DNA of 28,661 nt from Archangium sp. GTDB lineage: Bacteria; Myxococcota; Myxococcia; Myxococcales; Myxococcaceae. Numbering within the stretch: the stretch's first letter is position 1; each line of letters opens with the position of its first letter. Of this stretch, positions 24,413 to 28,661 are shown piece after piece. The position numbers were made by a program, and so were the translations under genes. Location of the stretch: contig JANLPS010000449.1 of assembly GCA_031367385.1 (NCBI GenBank), positions 1 through 28,661 on the forward strand, given 5' to 3'. The notes beneath the pieces were generated by a model that was not told where the DNA came from, searched no databases, and saw only the letters and a list, made by a program, of their open reading frames with translations.

Positions 24413-24826
24413 TCAGGCGCGGCCGGGCTTCTGCTTCCACGTGCGGCGTATCGGCTTCGGCAGGCCGGCTTTGCCATGCCACCGAAGGTCATGCACCGCG
24501 CCACCGACCTCGCCGTGCTCGACCTGCAACGCTGGGGTATCGGCCACGGGGGTCACGTCGAGCGTCACCTCCCACTCGTCACCGCTGGGCCTGAAGGTCA
24601 TCACGCTCGACTGGGTGAAGTTGACCTCGCACCAGGCCGTCATCGGGCGGGGCAGGGGCGGGGGCTGCAAGCGCACCCGGCGCGGAGGTGAGCAGAACGT
24701 CAGCTGCGGCCGGCGGCGGTCGGCCTGCGTCACCTTGGGAGGGGTGTCTTCGCTCACGAAAAACAGCAGCGAGGCAACCAACGTCAGGCCACTTGAAGCG
24801 AGCATGAGAAAGACGTCGGGGGGCAT
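24413..24826 (-). CDS. Hypothetical N-terminally anchored protein
   Basis: Starts MPPDVFLMLASSGLTLVASLLFF (hydrophobic). Fills the gap between 24404 and truA, with plausible codon bias. Confidence 0.55.
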   Translation of the reverse strand: MPPDVFLMLASSGLTLVASLLFFVSEDTPPKVTQADRRRPQLTFCSPPRRVRLQPPPLPRPMTAWCEVNFTQSSVMTFRPSGDEWEVTLDVTPVADTPALQVEHGEVGGAVHDLRWHGKAGLPKPIRRTWKQKPGRA

Positions 24827-24887
24827 TGGAGGCGCCCATGACAACCGATCACCAGCCCGAGTTCCAGGTGGGATATGTCGTGTGGCG

Positions 24888-25658
24888 ATGGCCCGCTTCA
24901 AGTTGGTGCTCGAGTACGACGGTACGAATTACGTCGGCTGGCAGATTCAGCCGAACGGCCCCTCGGTGCAGGGCCGGTTGCAACGCGCGCTGTTCGACCT
25001 CACCGGCCAATCAATCTCAGTCGTTGCCGCAGGGCGTACCGACTCGGGTGTGCACGCCCGTGGTCAGGTCGTCGCATTCGACTCTCCGGTCAACCTGCCG
25101 CTCAAGGCGTACCGCATGGGCCTCAACGGCCTGCTCCCCGATGACATCGCCGTGGTCAGGGCCGAAGAGGTCGACCCGGCGTTCGACCCGCGCCGCTGGG
25201 CGAAGGGCAAACGGTACCAGTACCGGGTAAGCAACCGTCGCACACGCTCCCCCCTGCTGCGCTTGACGCACTGGGAGGTCTTTCTGCCGCTGCAGTACCA
25301 GGCGATGGCAGAGGCCGCGACCTGCTTGCTGGGCGAGCATGACTTCTCGGCATTTCGCGCCGCCGATTGCCAGGCCGCCCACGCCAAACGAAAGATTCTC
25401 CGCGCCGACCTGAGCGGGGCGGTCGGCAGTGAAATCGTCGTCACCCTCGAGGGCACGGCGTTCTTGAAACACATGGTGCGCAACATCGTGGGCAGCCTGG
25501 TCGACATCGGCCGTGGCAAGCACCCCGCCTCGTGGTTGCGTGAGGTGCTCGAAGGAAAAGACCGAACCAAGGCCGGGCCGACCGCGCCTCCGCACGGCTT
25601 GTGCCTCGACGAGGTCTTCTATGGCGAGGGCCCGCGAGAAGAAGACGATGACGACTGA
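24888..25658 (+). CDS. truA: tRNA pseudouridine(38-40) synthase
   Basis: YDGTNYVGWQ, AGRTDSGVHA (catalytic Asp), GEHDFSAF, FLKHMVRNIVG and TAPPHGL. Start is ATG 24888, not the 24441 given by the ORF track. Confidence 0.97.
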   Translation: MARFKLVLEYDGTNYVGWQIQPNGPSVQGRLQRALFDLTGQSISVVAAGRTDSGVHARGQVVAFDSPVNLPLKAYRMGLNGLLPDDIAVVRAEEVDPAFDPRRWAKGKRYQYRVSNRRTRSPLLRLTHWEVFLPLQYQAMAEAATCLLGEHDFSAFRAADCQAAHAKRKILRADLSGAVGSEIVVTLEGTAFLKHMVRNIVGSLVDIGRGKHPASWLREVLEGKDRTKAGPTAPPHGLCLDEVFYGEGPREEDDDD

Positions 25659-26178
25659 CAAGCCGCCCAGCGCGTTGGCGACTGCCGAGCGTGCCGCGCG
25701 GCGCATGACGCTCACCATCGGCTCGGGCCTGGTGGCTTATGTGCTGGGCTCGATCGGCACTTCTGGCGTGGTTCGCCGGGTCGCGCCGGCGCTCGCCGAG
25801 ATGGAGTCGGATCTCTCGGTGATGTTGATCTCCGGGGTCTTGCAGTCGTTGTGGGTGTTGGTGGTGCTGCCGGCGTCGGGGTGGCTGGTCGGGCGCTACC
25901 TCGAGGTGCCGCCCTGGCGCTACGCCGTGCCCGCCGCGTTCACTGGCTTGTTCTTCGACCTGATGATCAGCGTCGCGGTCTTCGGCTCAGACTCGCTCTA
26001 CGTCGACTGGGTCGACGCGCTCTTTCGAGGGGTGCTGTTTTTCATCGGCATCGCGTTGACGATGCTCGCGGTTCGCGCGGGAGCGACGCGCTTCGTCGAG
26101 ACCCAGGTGCGCGCCAAGGCCGCCGCCGACTCGCAGCGGGCCGCGTACGAAGACTTCGCCAAGCGCAATCAGCCCTGA
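25648..26178 (+). CDS. Hypothetical integral membrane protein (about 4 TM helices)
   Basis: Several hydrophobic segments; overlaps the truA stop by 11 nt. Confidence 0.8.
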   Translation: MTTDKPPSALATAERAARRMTLTIGSGLVAYVLGSIGTSGVVRRVAPALAEMESDLSVMLISGVLQSLWVLVVLPASGWLVGRYLEVPPWRYAVPAAFTGLFFDLMISVAVFGSDSLYVDWVDALFRGVLFFIGIALTMLAVRAGATRFVETQVRAKAAADSQRAAYEDFAKRNQP

Positions 26179-26179
26179 G

Positions 26180-26367
26180 TGACCCGGTGACCGCGTCGAA
26201 CCGCTTCTTCAAGAACGCGATGCCCGCCTCGCCCTTCAGCTTGAGCTTCGAGAGCCCTCGCCCCGCCGCAGTGGCCTCTTCGAAGTCGACCTCGCAGCTC
26301 GAGGGCGGTCGAGCAGGGTGGGGTCGGGCTCTGCCGTCAGCAGGAGCCCCAGAATCGCTGCGAGCAT
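26180..26367 (-). pseudogene. Probable remnant of an exported-protein gene downstream of clpB
   Basis: An ATG 1 nt after the clpB stop gives MLAAILGLLLTAEPDPTLLDR and stops at 26236. Gene-like codons continue in another frame (EVDFEEATAAGRGLSKLKLKGEAGIAFLKKRFDAVTG). Confidence 0.45.
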
Positions 26368-26368
26368 T

Positions 26369-28660
<2,292 letters not shown>

Positions 28661-28661
28661 G

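Noticed and set aside
24441..24887. 149-aa N-terminal extension on TruA
   Set aside because: It is low-complexity antisense of the minus-strand ORF; TruA homology begins at ATG 24888.

Overview
High-GC bacterial chromosomal DNA that looks like Myxococcota (Cys-rich lipoprotein with CNGxDDxCDG repeats, Hanks-kinase/PEGA-like protein, cN-II-type HAD nucleotidase); the taxonomy is an inference. Most genes are on the + strand. In order: 3' part of a GGDEF diguanylate cyclase; Ttr-like GNAT; a four-gene module (predicted outer-membrane beta-barrel, ECF sigma factor, FecR-like/TPR-like anti-sigma with a 78-bp tandem-repeat linker, ZU5-like/MopE-repeat lipoprotein) in which three genes carry a shared TGAAC-N17/18-C(G/A)TnnAC motif; a membrane HAMP-GGDEF cyclase coupled to an orphan PhnD-like binding lipoprotein; SAM methyltransferase; HAD 5'-nucleotidase (-); Zn-ribbon protein, pseudokinase and LuxR/NarL regulator; an M16 peptidase pair; a Zn-ribbon/Tudor-like protein (-); alr; a possible 41-aa ORF (-); mlaE-mlaF and an elongated mlaD with a C-terminal beta-rich domain; a block of DUF2625 plus hypothetical genes; truA; a membrane protein; a probable gene remnant (-); and 5'-truncated clpB (-). 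I found no rRNA, tRNA, CRISPR array, transposase or integrase. The best candidate for an undescribed system is the ECF trans-envelope module. All calls come from reading motifs by eye; no searches were run.
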